Source: a virus
DNA length: 64,000 nt
Strand: one strand, 5' to 3'
Virus genome (UHGV): UHGV-0211740
The position numbers were made by a program, and so were the translations under genes. Of this stretch, positions 26,247-36,006 are shown in pieces; the stretch's first letter is position 1; each line of letters begins with the position of its first letter. A model generated the notes under the pieces. It had not been told where the DNA came from. It worked only from the letters and a program-made list of their open reading frames with translations, and did no database searches.

Positions 26247-26506
26247 GCAAAGTTGTTGTGAGAGCCAGTGAGTGGGCAGCTAAGAATAGCTCACTTAACT
26301 GGTTCGACTTTCTTTGGTGTAGGGTGCTCAAGAACTTTAAAGGGGAAAATTTTGAATCGCTTAATCTTGCAGATATGGCGTATTTCCTCAAGCTCTGTGA
26401 GTATCTTGATATCGAAGAATTCCTAGATACCGTCCAAAACAGGGAAATGGAGCGGGAGCAGAAGGCTGCCGCAGCTGCTGCGAAAGCTAAGCGCAGGAGA
26501 GGATAA
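26132..26506 (+). CDS. tail assembly chaperone frameshift extension (GT-like, -1 frame)
   Basis: Frame open from 26132 to 26506 overlapping the last 115 nt of the chaperone gene; slippery heptamer T_TTT_TTC at 26141-26147 in the chaperone frame. Confidence 0.5.
   Translation, partial: LRLFFHTRRFRKPSGDVTADGYDSAGEQSGSDSGRAGISKVVVRASEWAAKNSSLNWFDFLWCRVLKNFKGENFESLNLADMAYFLKLCEYLDIEEFLDTVQNREMEREQKAAAAAAKAKRRRG
26141..26147 (+). other. candidate -1 programmed ribosomal frameshift slippery site
   Basis: TTTTTTC read as tgT TTT TTC (YGCFF) in the zero frame; matches X_XXY_YYZ. Confidence 0.5.
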
Positions 26507-26511
26507 TCTAA

Positions 26512-26549
26512 GGGCCGGATTCCTTTTCTGGGATCTGGCCCTTTTTATT
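26512..26549 (+). terminator. terminator-like hairpin
   Basis: GGGCC ... GGCCC stem followed by TTTTTATT. Confidence 0.4.
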
Positions 26550-26560
26550 ATGAGGAAAAC

Positions 26561-28900
26561 ATGGCTACAAATAAGATAGTTGCCACAACAGTCAACAAGA
26601 TTGGCTTTGAGATAGAGAACTCCTCCTACAAAAAAGCTGTAGAGAAAATTCGCAGTATCGGGAAGGAGTTCAGGAAACTGGGCGAGGATTTTAACTCAGC
26701 CAACCCCATGAGCAGATGGCAGGCAGTGGCTGTTAAAACTCAGCAGACAATGCAACGTGTTGCCAGACAGCAATCCCAAGCAAATGCTAAACTACACAGG
26801 GAGAGCGTTGCTCAGGCCAAGAAAGAGGCTGCAGTAAAGGCTGCAATAGAGCGCAGGGAGAATGCAAGACGTAAGCAAGCTGTAGGCAATCTTACCGCCA
26901 AAAACCCAGAGATGGCTAGGATGCGTAAGTTCTACCAGCAGCAAGCTAAAGAGGCCAAAAAAGCTGCCAAATCTGCACCAGTATCCTATGGTGGTTATAA
27001 GGCACCTAAGGCAAGAGTTCTTGCTAACGCCAAGTCTTTCAGATATATTCCCGGCAACCCTAACATGGGTGGGGTGGCTTCAGATCCTAATCTTGTGAAA
27101 GCCCAGACTGCTGCCATGAACCGTTATCACAGACAGCTAAGAAGGGACAGCAAGGCTGGGATGGATAATAGGCTTATGGCAGATCGTGAGGCAAGGAGAA
27201 CCCACCTCTACAACTCTGCGATAAGACTTTCTGCTAAATATGGTGCCGGATTCCGTGGCAGATTGTCTGGGTATTCGGAGTTAGAGTCCCGATTTGCTCG
27301 CGGGGAAATGAGTAAGTCAACCTTTAACGCCCACCTGTCTGCGTTGCAGTCTGGATTCAAAAGTGCCACCAGCCAAACTCTGACCCTCGGTGATGCTATG
27401 AGGGATTTGCGTAGATCTGTGATCAACGCTACAGCTGCGTATACAGCTTTTTCTGGATTTGCTGCAGTTAACAGATCCGGTCATATGATGGAGGGGGCAA
27501 GTGCTGCTCTTACTGCTGTTACTGGAGATCCAAACAAAGCCAACAGTGAAGTTGCGTTTGTCCAGCAGGAGGCTATGCGTCTTGGTTTTGACCTCAAGTC
27601 TGGTCTTCAGGGTTATTCTCAGATGGCGGTAAACGCCAAAAATCAGATGACAAACCAAGAGGTGCATGAGCTATTCTCTGCATACTCCCAATATGCTGCT
27701 GCTTACGGTGCCGATGAGGTAAAATACCAGCGCGGTATTATGGCAATCCAGCAAATGCTCGGTAAAGGGCAAGTAATGTCCGAAGAACTGAAGCAACAAC
27801 TTGCTGAAGCATTACCTGGTGCATACGAACCTTTTATCAAAGCTACCCAAGAGGCTTTTGGTCTTGCTGAGCTCTCCATGGATCAGTTCATGGACATGAT
27901 GAAAAAAGGTGAAGTTAAAACAGCCAAGATAATGAAGTATGTGGCTAAGTACATGAATGAGGCATCTGCAGCTGGTTATGAAAGAATGCAGAAGTCTAAC
28001 GTACTGGCAGAAAACAGACTGAAAACCTTCATCGAACTGTCCCGTCAGAAACTGTTCACACGTTGGGCAGATGAACTGACAGAGTTCTACTACACCCTGA
28101 TCCGCACAGGGGAAACTTTCCAGTTCCTATGGGACGCTTCTGGTGACTTTGTCAGCGGATTTGTGAGAGGTTTGAACTGGGTTGTTGGTGAACTAAACAA
28201 CACTATAGTTAAGATCCGTTTGTTTTTCCTTGAATGGGGAATTAAATGGGGGCTCATAACCGCCAAGACGAAGGAATATTCTGAAGAGATACATGACACC
28301 TTTAGCATGGCTAAATGGGCAGGGTATGCTGCTGCAATCATGCTGGTAGTGAACGCCCTTACAAAAGGGTTTGTTATGGCATCCATGCTTGTAAAAACAT
28401 TTAAGTTCCTCAGCAACCTGAGAGGTGCAGCTGGAGCTGCAGGTGCTGGTGCAGTAACCGCAGACGGCTCTGGAGGAGGAGCAGCCGGAAAAGGTGGTGG
28501 TGGCCTCAAGACACCTGGTGGCAAAGTTGGTCTGCTCGGTAAGCTGGGCATTATCGGTACAATACTAAGCGCCGGGGAATTATTTAATGACCGTTTCAAC
28601 CCGCTGAGTGAAAGAAATCAACAGCTGGATACCATCGGCGATATGATTCGTAAAGACATCATATCTGGAGGTAACGGGTTTGTTGATCCTCTAAGCACCT
28701 TGCCGGGAGGTACTCTTCCGTTACCAGGTGGCCCTGGTTTTGCTTCTCAGTTAAGAACTATGGAAATGCTACCTTTAGAGATCAGTGATGGTAAAATCAC
28801 GATTTCAATAGATGAGGGCGAGTTTAGCAAAATATTTGATGCAAAACTTGAGTGGGAGAACAGTAAAGATATCAACTTTATGTCCACAGATCTTTGGTAA
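26561..28900 (+). CDS. tail tape measure protein
   Basis: 779 aa; immediately after the chaperone frameshift pair; helix-rich N-terminal half with basic repeats, C-terminal Gly/Ala-rich hydrophobic segment (GAAGAAGAGAVTADGSGGGAAGKGGGG). Confidence 0.75.
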   Translation: MATNKIVATTVNKIGFEIENSSYKKAVEKIRSIGKEFRKLGEDFNSANPMSRWQAVAVKTQQTMQRVARQQSQANAKLHRESVAQAKKEAAVKAAIERRENARRKQAVGNLTAKNPEMARMRKFYQQQAKEAKKAAKSAPVSYGGYKAPKARVLANAKSFRYIPGNPNMGGVASDPNLVKAQTAAMNRYHRQLRRDSKAGMDNRLMADREARRTHLYNSAIRLSAKYGAGFRGRLSGYSELESRFARGEMSKSTFNAHLSALQSGFKSATSQTLTLGDAMRDLRRSVINATAAYTAFSGFAAVNRSGHMMEGASAALTAVTGDPNKANSEVAFVQQEAMRLGFDLKSGLQGYSQMAVNAKNQMTNQEVHELFSAYSQYAAAYGADEVKYQRGIMAIQQMLGKGQVMSEELKQQLAEALPGAYEPFIKATQEAFGLAELSMDQFMDMMKKGEVKTAKIMKYVAKYMNEASAAGYERMQKSNVLAENRLKTFIELSRQKLFTRWADELTEFYYTLIRTGETFQFLWDASGDFVSGFVRGLNWVVGELNNTIVKIRLFFLEWGIKWGLITAKTKEYSEEIHDTFSMAKWAGYAAAIMLVVNALTKGFVMASMLVKTFKFLSNLRGAAGAAGAGAVTADGSGGGAAGKGGGGLKTPGGKVGLLGKLGIIGTILSAGELFNDRFNPLSERNQQLDTIGDMIRKDIISGGNGFVDPLSTLPGGTLPLPGGPGFASQLRTMEMLPLEISDGKITISIDEGEFSKIFDAKLEWENSKDINFMSTDLW

Positions 28901-28911
28901 TTAAACTATGT

Positions 28912-28937
28912 GGGGGGGCTCTGGCCCCCTTTATTTT
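28912..28937 (+). terminator. rho-independent terminator
   Basis: G5/C5 stem (GGGGG-CTCTGG-CCCCC) followed by TTTATTTT. Confidence 0.5.
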
Positions 28938-28944
28938 ATCAGTG

Positions 28945-28973
28945 TTGTAAAAACGGCTATTTTATGATACAAT
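28945..28973 (+). promoter_or_regulatory. sigma70-like promoter with extended -10
   Basis: TTGTAA (28945-28950), 17-nt spacer, TGaTACAAT (28965-28973). Confidence 0.4.
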
Positions 28974-29006
28974 ATCTAAATGGTATCGGAGTGTCCTGGA
29001 GAGGTT

Positions 29007-29891
29007 ATGCCAAGTAATATAGTTGATGAAAAAGACCTGTACAAGCCTCAAGAGGTTAAATCTCCAAAGGCTGAAAAGGCAGAGCAGCAAACTGAAAGTG
29101 ATGTAAAGTATACTATGTTTGTCAGCGGTCTTAACTACGGCGGTCGCAATATAGAGATGAAGGGTAAAAACTTCACTAACGACCTTGCCATTATCTTCGA
29201 TCAGGTTGAGAATTATTCTTTTAAACAAACGGTCGATAAGTCAGATTTTGCAGTAGAAGATAAGTCTACCCTGTCAGATCATGCAGTGGTTAAGGATGGG
29301 GTATTTTCTTTCACTGGTCGGGTAAATACATCCCCTCATATAATTTATGAGCAAAACTACATTGATAGAAACACTGACTCCAAAAACCCTGCAGCGTCTA
29401 TGCGACCTGGTGCGGCATTAGAAGCTTTGACAGAGATCATTAATAAGCGACAGTTGGTTTCTTTAGTTACCGAGGAGAGACTCCTTGAAAACTACATTAT
29501 AACCAGTCTTTCTGCCAACAAGTCTGTTGGTGAAGGTGCTGCAATGGTGTTTGATGTGGAACTTACAGAATTCCGCACATTCTACTTGAACAAGGTTGTT
29601 AATGCAACTGTATACAGCAATCCTAAGAAGGTCGGCAAGACTCAGCAAAAAGGTGCTGTCAACGATTGCAAGAATGGTAGTAACGTAGGTAACAAGAGAG
29701 ACACAGGGGCATTTGCAGACACCGCGTCCACAAATGCTGCAGAAGAGTGGCAGCCATACAAATCTATGATGTGGACAGATGAAAACGGTGTTACCCAATC
29801 GGCTGCAGATTGGTACTATCAGGAATATGGAAGACCTTCCACCATAGTCCCATCTGAGCAGGGAAACTACAACAAAGTTAACGGAAAATAA
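29007..29891 (+). CDS. hypothetical tail/baseplate protein
   Basis: 294 aa from ATG 29007 (GGAGAGG RBS); first gene after the tape measure. Confidence 0.4.
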   Translation: MPSNIVDEKDLYKPQEVKSPKAEKAEQQTESDVKYTMFVSGLNYGGRNIEMKGKNFTNDLAIIFDQVENYSFKQTVDKSDFAVEDKSTLSDHAVVKDGVFSFTGRVNTSPHIIYEQNYIDRNTDSKNPAASMRPGAALEALTEIINKRQLVSLVTEERLLENYIITSLSANKSVGEGAAMVFDVELTEFRTFYLNKVVNATVYSNPKKVGKTQQKGAVNDCKNGSNVGNKRDTGAFADTASTNAAEEWQPYKSMMWTDENGVTQSAADWYYQEYGRPSTIVPSEQGNYNKVNGK

Positions 29892-29903
29892 GGGGAGCGT
29901 GTA

Positions 29904-30284
29904 ATGGAGCTTAAAGATTGGTGCGTAATCACCTTTGTGTGGGACATTGACGGCTTTCCTGATCAGACTATGCGTGTGGTTTTAGATAATGAAACCTATG
30001 AAATGCGTATGCAATGGAACGAGAGGGATGAGTCCTGGTGGTTATCTCTTGGTCCAGTAGGCGACAGTCCTTTAGTAACCAGAAAAGTAACAGCTTGTCA
30101 AGACATTTTAGACGGGCTGCATTACAGAGACGATTTACCGAAGGGTAGGCTAATGGCTCTGTCGTTTAAAGACGATCAATATTGGGGCAGGGTTGGAAGA
30201 TACAACCTTGGGGCCAGATCTGAGCTACAACTTGTATACGGCACCCCGGTTGATCTTTACAAGGAACAGCAAGGGTTAGACTAA
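29904..30284 (+). CDS. hypothetical tail/baseplate protein
   Basis: 126-aa ORF, Trp-rich, tightly packed in the tail module. Confidence 0.4.
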   Translation: MELKDWCVITFVWDIDGFPDQTMRVVLDNETYEMRMQWNERDESWWLSLGPVGDSPLVTRKVTACQDILDGLHYRDDLPKGRLMALSFKDDQYWGRVGRYNLGARSELQLVYGTPVDLYKEQQGLD

Positions 30285-31288
30285 TGGCAGAGTATAGACG
30301 TAGAACATGGCGATTGTTGTTTGGTCGCCCTGTAGAACATGGCGGAAAATCAAAAACCAATATCCCAAAATCTGTTGAAAAGAAAGGAGAAAGTGATTCT
30401 GGAGTTTATGAGGTTAGCTCAGACACAGGTGCTGCCAATATAGAGTTCGACATACAAAAGGATAACACCAAAGAGCCAAACAAAGGCTATGTGATAGTTT
30501 ACAACCTGTCTGACGATACGGTTAACTATCTGGACATGCACCAAGCTGATGCTCTTGCAGTGATGTTTGAGGCTGGCTATGATAATGAGAACCAGTTGAT
30601 ATTCTCAGGAACTGTAGAGTTTGTTGAAGATAGGTGGGAAGGCCCGACTAGGAAAACTAAGTTCATCTTCGGAGACGGCACTGAGAATATCATTAAGTGC
30701 CAAAGCACCAGATCTTATCAGAAAGGCACACCTCTGGACTCTGTGCTTAATGACCTCCTGAAGGATATGAACTTACCAAAAGGTAGGGTTGTTGGTTTTG
30801 GAAACCAAACTTTGCAATACTCTATGGCTTTCTCTGGGAACACTGCAGAGAACCTCCGCAGATTTGCAAGACTGACCAACTCAACATTTAGCGTTCAGGA
30901 TGGGGCTTTGTATTGGACCAAGGTTGGGAAAAGGTTCAAGGACTCTGTATTTGAAATCAGTGCAGAGTCTGGGATGCACGGATCGCCCACCCCTAAAAAC
31001 CCAGAGCCTGCGAGAAAACGAAAAGCTAAAGCTGCTGCAAAAGGCGGTTCAACATCTAAAAAGAAAAAGAAAAACCCGAAAGAGGACGTTGGTCTTACCG
31101 TGACAACATGTCTTAACGGGGCTATCCTCCCAGAGTCAACCATCTATCTTAAGAGCAGGCAATATACAGGCTTCTACAAGGTGATCACAGTGCACCACAA
31201 GGGCACCATCGAAGGAGGTGATTACATTACAGAGCTTGGACTTGGGGAAGCTGTTGGTGGGGTTGTTGACAAAACTGAGGAGGTATAA
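30284..31288 (+). CDS. hypothetical baseplate protein
   Basis: 334 aa; contains a Lys-rich stretch (KRKAKAAAKGGSTSKKKKKNPKE); ATGA overlap with upstream gene. Confidence 0.4.
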   Translation: MAEYRRRTWRLLFGRPVEHGGKSKTNIPKSVEKKGESDSGVYEVSSDTGAANIEFDIQKDNTKEPNKGYVIVYNLSDDTVNYLDMHQADALAVMFEAGYDNENQLIFSGTVEFVEDRWEGPTRKTKFIFGDGTENIIKCQSTRSYQKGTPLDSVLNDLLKDMNLPKGRVVGFGNQTLQYSMAFSGNTAENLRRFARLTNSTFSVQDGALYWTKVGKRFKDSVFEISAESGMHGSPTPKNPEPARKRKAKAAAKGGSTSKKKKKNPKEDVGLTVTTCLNGAILPESTIYLKSRQYTGFYKVITVHHKGTIEGGDYITELGLGEAVGGVVDKTEEV

Positions 31289-31965
31289 TGGCAATAAACA
31301 GGAAAGATGCTGCTGTAAGATCCTTTATAGAAAAGATAATGAGGGACTACCACACCAGTATTAGAGCCAGAGTTGTCAGTGTAGATTACAGTATCCCCTC
31401 TGCAGCCGTGCAGCCAATAGCCGAAACCATGTTTGACGATGGGGATGTAGAAAGGTACCCTCTTATCTATGATGTCCCAATTCAGGTGATGTCTGCAAAT
31501 GGTGGTAAGGCAAGGTTAACACTTCCTATTAAAGCTGGTGATGTTGTAGGGCTGCAATTTTCAGAGAGAAATGAAAACAATAACGATGACCAGCAAACCC
31601 ACGGCCTGTTTCCAGGATGGGCTATCACCTCTGTTCATTCTGACTCTAATGCCTTGCAGATCGACCCTGATAATGTAGAGTTATGGAACGACAGGGTTTA
31701 TTTTAAACTAACACCTTCTGGTGATTTTGAGCTTCAAACACCGGGCGGAACATTACGGTGCGACAGTAGCGGGGAGTTTTCTTTTACTAACGGAGCTGCC
31801 AATTTACGCGCTGCCGTAGATGGGAATATTAGAATGAATGGTGCCACAATAGATCCGTCAGGTAGAATCATAACGGCTGCTGGTGTGGATTTGGATTCAT
31901 TCTATGCAGAATATAAAGGTCATACTCACTCTTGCCCTGATGGCGAGACCAGTGGACCGCACTAA
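31288..31965 (+). CDS. hypothetical baseplate protein
   Basis: 225-aa ORF with GAGGAGG RBS. Confidence 0.4.
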   Translation: MAINRKDAAVRSFIEKIMRDYHTSIRARVVSVDYSIPSAAVQPIAETMFDDGDVERYPLIYDVPIQVMSANGGKARLTLPIKAGDVVGLQFSERNENNNDDQQTHGLFPGWAITSVHSDSNALQIDPDNVELWNDRVYFKLTPSGDFELQTPGGTLRCDSSGEFSFTNGAANLRAAVDGNIRMNGATIDPSGRIITAAGVDLDSFYAEYKGHTHSCPDGETSGPH

Positions 31966-31977
31966 TAGAGGGCTTGC

Positions 31978-32694
31978 ATGGCTACGCTTTATAGTGATAT
32001 ATTGATGGACCCGCAGACAGGCGATTTGGCAATAGACAACGGTCTTGAGTTGATAGATTCAAACCAAATAAGTCTGCGCCAGCGCCTGTGGATGAGGTTT
32101 AACACATGGAAGGGGAGCTGGTACTTTGACGAGTTGTTTGGCTTCCCTTATATGGACTTTCTTAGTAAGAAGGTCATGAAGACTGTTCTTGATAACAAGA
32201 TTATGGAGGTGGCAAGACAGGAGCCTGATGTGCTAAACATCATAAACTTCCAGTCTACCATGGATCGAAGATCGAGAACATACCAGGCGTTCTTTGAGGT
32301 TGTTACCAAGGAGAACGAAATTGTAAGACTGGCCTTCGTAGGTCTTGATCAGTTCACTTACCCACAACCTGATGATGGAGCAACTTCTCTTTGTGATGAT
32401 GAAGGCTGGATTAAGTGGGCTAATAAGCTGTACTACCTAATCAACTTCAGACTACCGAGGACAGGTGATGCCACATGGTGGAACCAGTATGCTGGCCCTG
32501 AGATGGAAAACCCGATCCCTGTAGGCTCTTTGTTGACTCAGGATAAAGATCTGCTGATGACTGAGGCAGAACAAACCATTAACCGTAATACCTGGACGCT
32601 TGCTCCAGATGAGCGCGAATACTCTGGCGTTATTGCTACCTCTAATGATGAGGCTATTGCCAACCAGTCTGGTCGTGCTATTGATGTTAACTAA
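31978..32694 (+). CDS. hypothetical baseplate protein
   Basis: 238-aa ORF; translationally close to neighbours. Confidence 0.4.
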   Translation: MATLYSDILMDPQTGDLAIDNGLELIDSNQISLRQRLWMRFNTWKGSWYFDELFGFPYMDFLSKKVMKTVLDNKIMEVARQEPDVLNIINFQSTMDRRSRTYQAFFEVVTKENEIVRLAFVGLDQFTYPQPDDGATSLCDDEGWIKWANKLYYLINFRLPRTGDATWWNQYAGPEMENPIPVGSLLTQDKDLLMTEAEQTINRNTWTLAPDEREYSGVIATSNDEAIANQSGRAIDVN

Positions 32695-32703
32695 GGAGAA
32701 ATC

Positions 32704-33372
32704 ATGGCTGTAGCTTATCCTACAATACCAATTCCAGATCTTGAAGATGCAGAAACAGTCTTGAGCGATGACTTCTTGGTTGTCAACCAGACTGATGGGA
32801 CAAGAAAGGCTAAGATTGATGATGTTGTCAATGATCTTAGTATTACTAAGATAGTTTATTTCACAGAGGGTGGTTATCTTAAAAGTAAGAAAGATTTTGC
32901 CTACGATCCTGAGACTAAGCGCTACTACACGTGGAACGGGGATTATCCTAAAATAATCCTTCCTGATTCCACTGTGGAGGGGGCAGGAGGGGTATCTGCA
33001 AAAGCCTGGTCTGTTTTTGGAGAGCTTGCTGCAACTTCTTCAGGCAGGATAGTTGACTACGGGTCTATCGGCGGTCAGTTGGACATGGATCTTAACGTTG
33101 CAGACACATTTAAAGTTAGGCTTACTTCGAATACCACAATCTCTTTTGAAAATCAAACAGAGGGGCTTAACGAGGTGGCAAGAACTGTGACTGTATGCAT
33201 TACCCAGTCCTCTGGCGGCAACAAGGTTTATTGGCCTGACAATGTTAAATGGGCCTACGGAAGAGATCCTATCCTAACATTCACAGCTGGTGCAACAGAC
33301 ATTTTCAAGTTAGAAACCTACGATAATGGACTAACTTGGTACGGGGCACTGATTATAGCAGGAGCTATCTAA
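32704..33372 (+). CDS. putative fibre/spike adaptor protein with virion-anchor N-terminal domain
   Basis: 222 aa; N-terminus (DDFLVVNQTDGTRKAKIDDVV ... FTEGG ... DFAY ... YTWNG) is paralogous to the N-terminus of the Stf-like fibre at 36007. Confidence 0.45.
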   Translation: MAVAYPTIPIPDLEDAETVLSDDFLVVNQTDGTRKAKIDDVVNDLSITKIVYFTEGGYLKSKKDFAYDPETKRYYTWNGDYPKIILPDSTVEGAGGVSAKAWSVFGELAATSSGRIVDYGSIGGQLDMDLNVADTFKVRLTSNTTISFENQTEGLNEVARTVTVCITQSSGGNKVYWPDNVKWAYGRDPILTFTAGATDIFKLETYDNGLTWYGALIIAGAI

Positions 33373-33373
33373 G

Positions 33374-35971
33374 ATGCGTATTCAACACAACATTGATAAC
33401 GTATTTCAGATGATTGAGGGGCACAGGAAGTGCCTCGATAATAACACAGGTATTACCAACACCACTACACAAAATAAGCTAGTAAACCCTGATGGTCTTA
33501 TAGCTGCAGGGTGGGCAGGTAATAAGATAAACAATGATTGGGCAATGCATGAGGCCCAAGCTGTGTTGATTCTGGGGTACATTGAAGCATATAGGGCATC
33601 GAAAAGCGATTTCTATCTGGACAGGGCAAAAGAGGCTTGGGAAGCTTACAATAGTCATCTCTTGGGAGTATACGCAGTAGAAAGTAAAATGCAAAGACTA
33701 TCCCACTACCCGTTATCTACTGATGGGGTTCCATCCCATGGTGGGTTTAAAGATGTGGTGGTGTCTTTTAACAAAGGTAGAGGAAAAATTCCGGCGGGAT
33801 CTCCGACATGGGGTGAATACCTGGATAAAGCATTCCAGGCGTATAACGGTGTGTTGGGAAGAAACACAGTTGATGCGGATGTTTACGGCGGCACAGATGC
33901 TAACCCCAACTGGACAACATCCGGATTAAGTTGGTGGGTTGAATGGTATATAGCGTGGGACGGTAACCGCTATTGGGCCAACGGCAGCATAGCTGACAGT
34001 GGGCACACATCTGCAGAGTTTGGCACAATACAGCTGCAAGATAAGGGCGTTACAGGTAGCCATAAGGTAACCTACTGTGTGAGATTGCCTCAAGAGCAAG
34101 GTGGATCTGTGATACCTTCAGGATCTCCAGTAGTTGTAAACCCTATAAACGTGGTTGCAGATAATCAGGCTCCGGAATTGGACGGAGAAGAGATGTGGTG
34201 TGACGCTTGTTATCAACTCTACTCTTTGACAGGCGAGGAGAAGTATTACACTGCGTTTAAACAGTCTTACGACAAGCTGCTTAATTTCAGTGATATAAAC
34301 GCCTACGACAAACTGTTTAGAAAGACCACGTTGATTAAGGCACCGTTTACAGATGGTACTTGTCTTGTTGCAGGAACAGTTCCTGCTATGAGCAGGGACA
34401 GTGACGGATATATCAACTTTAGAATGAACGCACGCCAGCCCTGCGAGATAATTCAAAAAGGTACCACCTACAAAATAGGTAGAGATACTGAAATTGTTAT
34501 GAATTTCGGGGGAGAAGGTGTTCTGTTCCAGCCTCATTTCATCATTAACGATGGCAACAATAATAAAAAACAATACAGAATAGGGGTTCCTTTTGGTGCG
34601 GCAGATGTAACAGAGGTAGTTGCCAAAGTTACTGATTTCGTCGAGGTGGTGGGGAAGGATGGTAACCCGTACCTCCTGCCTGAGGAGGAGAACATTGTCG
34701 TAACTGGTGGCGCTAGTGTTAGTATGCAATACGCTACTGACATTTACAACCACTCTGACAACTTCTCCCGTTGCAATATAGCAAAAGGTAAAGTAACTTT
34801 CAATTTCGGAAGAGAGATTTCTTTAAACTCAGTGACTTACCGATCAGATGATGAAATGGTAAGAGTCAAATTCCTTGACAAAGATCGTTGGTTATGGTAT
34901 GCTGATCTATATGCTACTAACGGACAATGGGTAACAGAAACTCTTACTTTAGGGGATTTCAAACTAGACCCAACACAACCTCATCACACCGAGGAGGAGA
35001 TTAAGCCTTTCTTTGCTAACACCAAAGGTATTACCTCTGTAGATTTCAGTCTGAGCGATAGACAGATAGGAAATGGCCTGTTTGATCTGTATTGCGTCAA
35101 TACGCTGCCTCAATTCTATATTGCAGATATGGATGCTTACCTAATCTGGTTTAGTGTATGGATGGCAAGCAAGACAGAATCGGTTGCTAAAGTTGGCGAT
35201 TGCTATGTCAGAAACTACAAGCAAGGGGCATACAGACACACTCCAGGTGTGTTCCCTGCAGGGAAGGTGATAGATAAGGAAAGTTATCTTCTGGAAGAAA
35301 AGCCAAATTGGCCCTACCCAGGCATGCAATACCCAGCGGTATATTGTATGGGCGCGGAAAACATAGATCGCCTCAGGTTGTCAAATACAATTGGGTTTAT
35401 GTACGACTCTCAAGTTTGGTATAATAACACATTTAAAACCGAAGGACCAGTCGCATCCCGCTACGTGTGGCAGAGAGGTAATGAGGGATTGTCTGGTTGG
35501 TGGGAGATGGTAGATAACTCTAAACTCCAGTCAAGATCTTTTGTTGCTGCGTGCCGCACAATATATGAGCTCAAGAAACATAAAGAGCCTGTTGATGAAA
35601 AACTTTTCCTGTTCTGCCAGAGATGGGCATGGTTCCTCAACAGATTCCAATCATCTCATTCTGGAAATCTTCCCACAGACTTTAACACCTCTGGAGGATA
35701 TTCTTATCAAGACAGAGGAGACAGGATGTGGGTGGTCGGTGAGTGGCTTGCAGGTTGCTGCTGGTTAGGCTTGTGTGGGTATTCAGAGACAATACCTCAA
35801 ATAGATATTGTTGTAGAAGCTTGCATGAAGCTGCTGCAAAAGCACCACTTCATTAATGGCGATAATGTTTTAAACGGCTGCTGGGCAGTTTCTGATCCGG
35901 TAGGCTATCACTCTGGCGAAATCCTTCGCGGTCTAGGCCTTTATGCTCAATACCGTGGATTGTACCTTTAA
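33374..35971 (+). CDS. putative tail spike / glycan-degrading enzyme-like protein
   Basis: 865 aa, very Trp/Tyr/Asn-rich; ATG overlaps the stop of the adaptor gene (TAAGATG); enzymatic role is a guess from composition. Confidence 0.35.
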   Translation: MRIQHNIDNVFQMIEGHRKCLDNNTGITNTTTQNKLVNPDGLIAAGWAGNKINNDWAMHEAQAVLILGYIEAYRASKSDFYLDRAKEAWEAYNSHLLGVYAVESKMQRLSHYPLSTDGVPSHGGFKDVVVSFNKGRGKIPAGSPTWGEYLDKAFQAYNGVLGRNTVDADVYGGTDANPNWTTSGLSWWVEWYIAWDGNRYWANGSIADSGHTSAEFGTIQLQDKGVTGSHKVTYCVRLPQEQGGSVIPSGSPVVVNPINVVADNQAPELDGEEMWCDACYQLYSLTGEEKYYTAFKQSYDKLLNFSDINAYDKLFRKTTLIKAPFTDGTCLVAGTVPAMSRDSDGYINFRMNARQPCEIIQKGTTYKIGRDTEIVMNFGGEGVLFQPHFIINDGNNNKKQYRIGVPFGAADVTEVVAKVTDFVEVVGKDGNPYLLPEEENIVVTGGASVSMQYATDIYNHSDNFSRCNIAKGKVTFNFGREISLNSVTYRSDDEMVRVKFLDKDRWLWYADLYATNGQWVTETLTLGDFKLDPTQPHHTEEEIKPFFANTKGITSVDFSLSDRQIGNGLFDLYCVNTLPQFYIADMDAYLIWFSVWMASKTESVAKVGDCYVRNYKQGAYRHTPGVFPAGKVIDKESYLLEEKPNWPYPGMQYPAVYCMGAENIDRLRLSNTIGFMYDSQVWYNNTFKTEGPVASRYVWQRGNEGLSGWWEMVDNSKLQSRSFVAACRTIYELKKHKEPVDEKLFLFCQRWAWFLNRFQSSHSGNLPTDFNTSGGYSYQDRGDRMWVVGEWLAGCCWLGLCGYSETIPQIDIVVEACMKLLQKHHFINGDNVLNGCWAVSDPVGYHSGEILRGLGLYAQYRGLYL

Positions 35972-36006
35972 CATAAGGGGGCTGTTTGCCCCCTTCAGGA
36001 GAAAGA

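Noticed and set aside
34118-34753. 211-aa minus-strand ORF inside the 33374-35971 gene
   Set aside because: Antisense shadow ORF within a long plus-strand gene.
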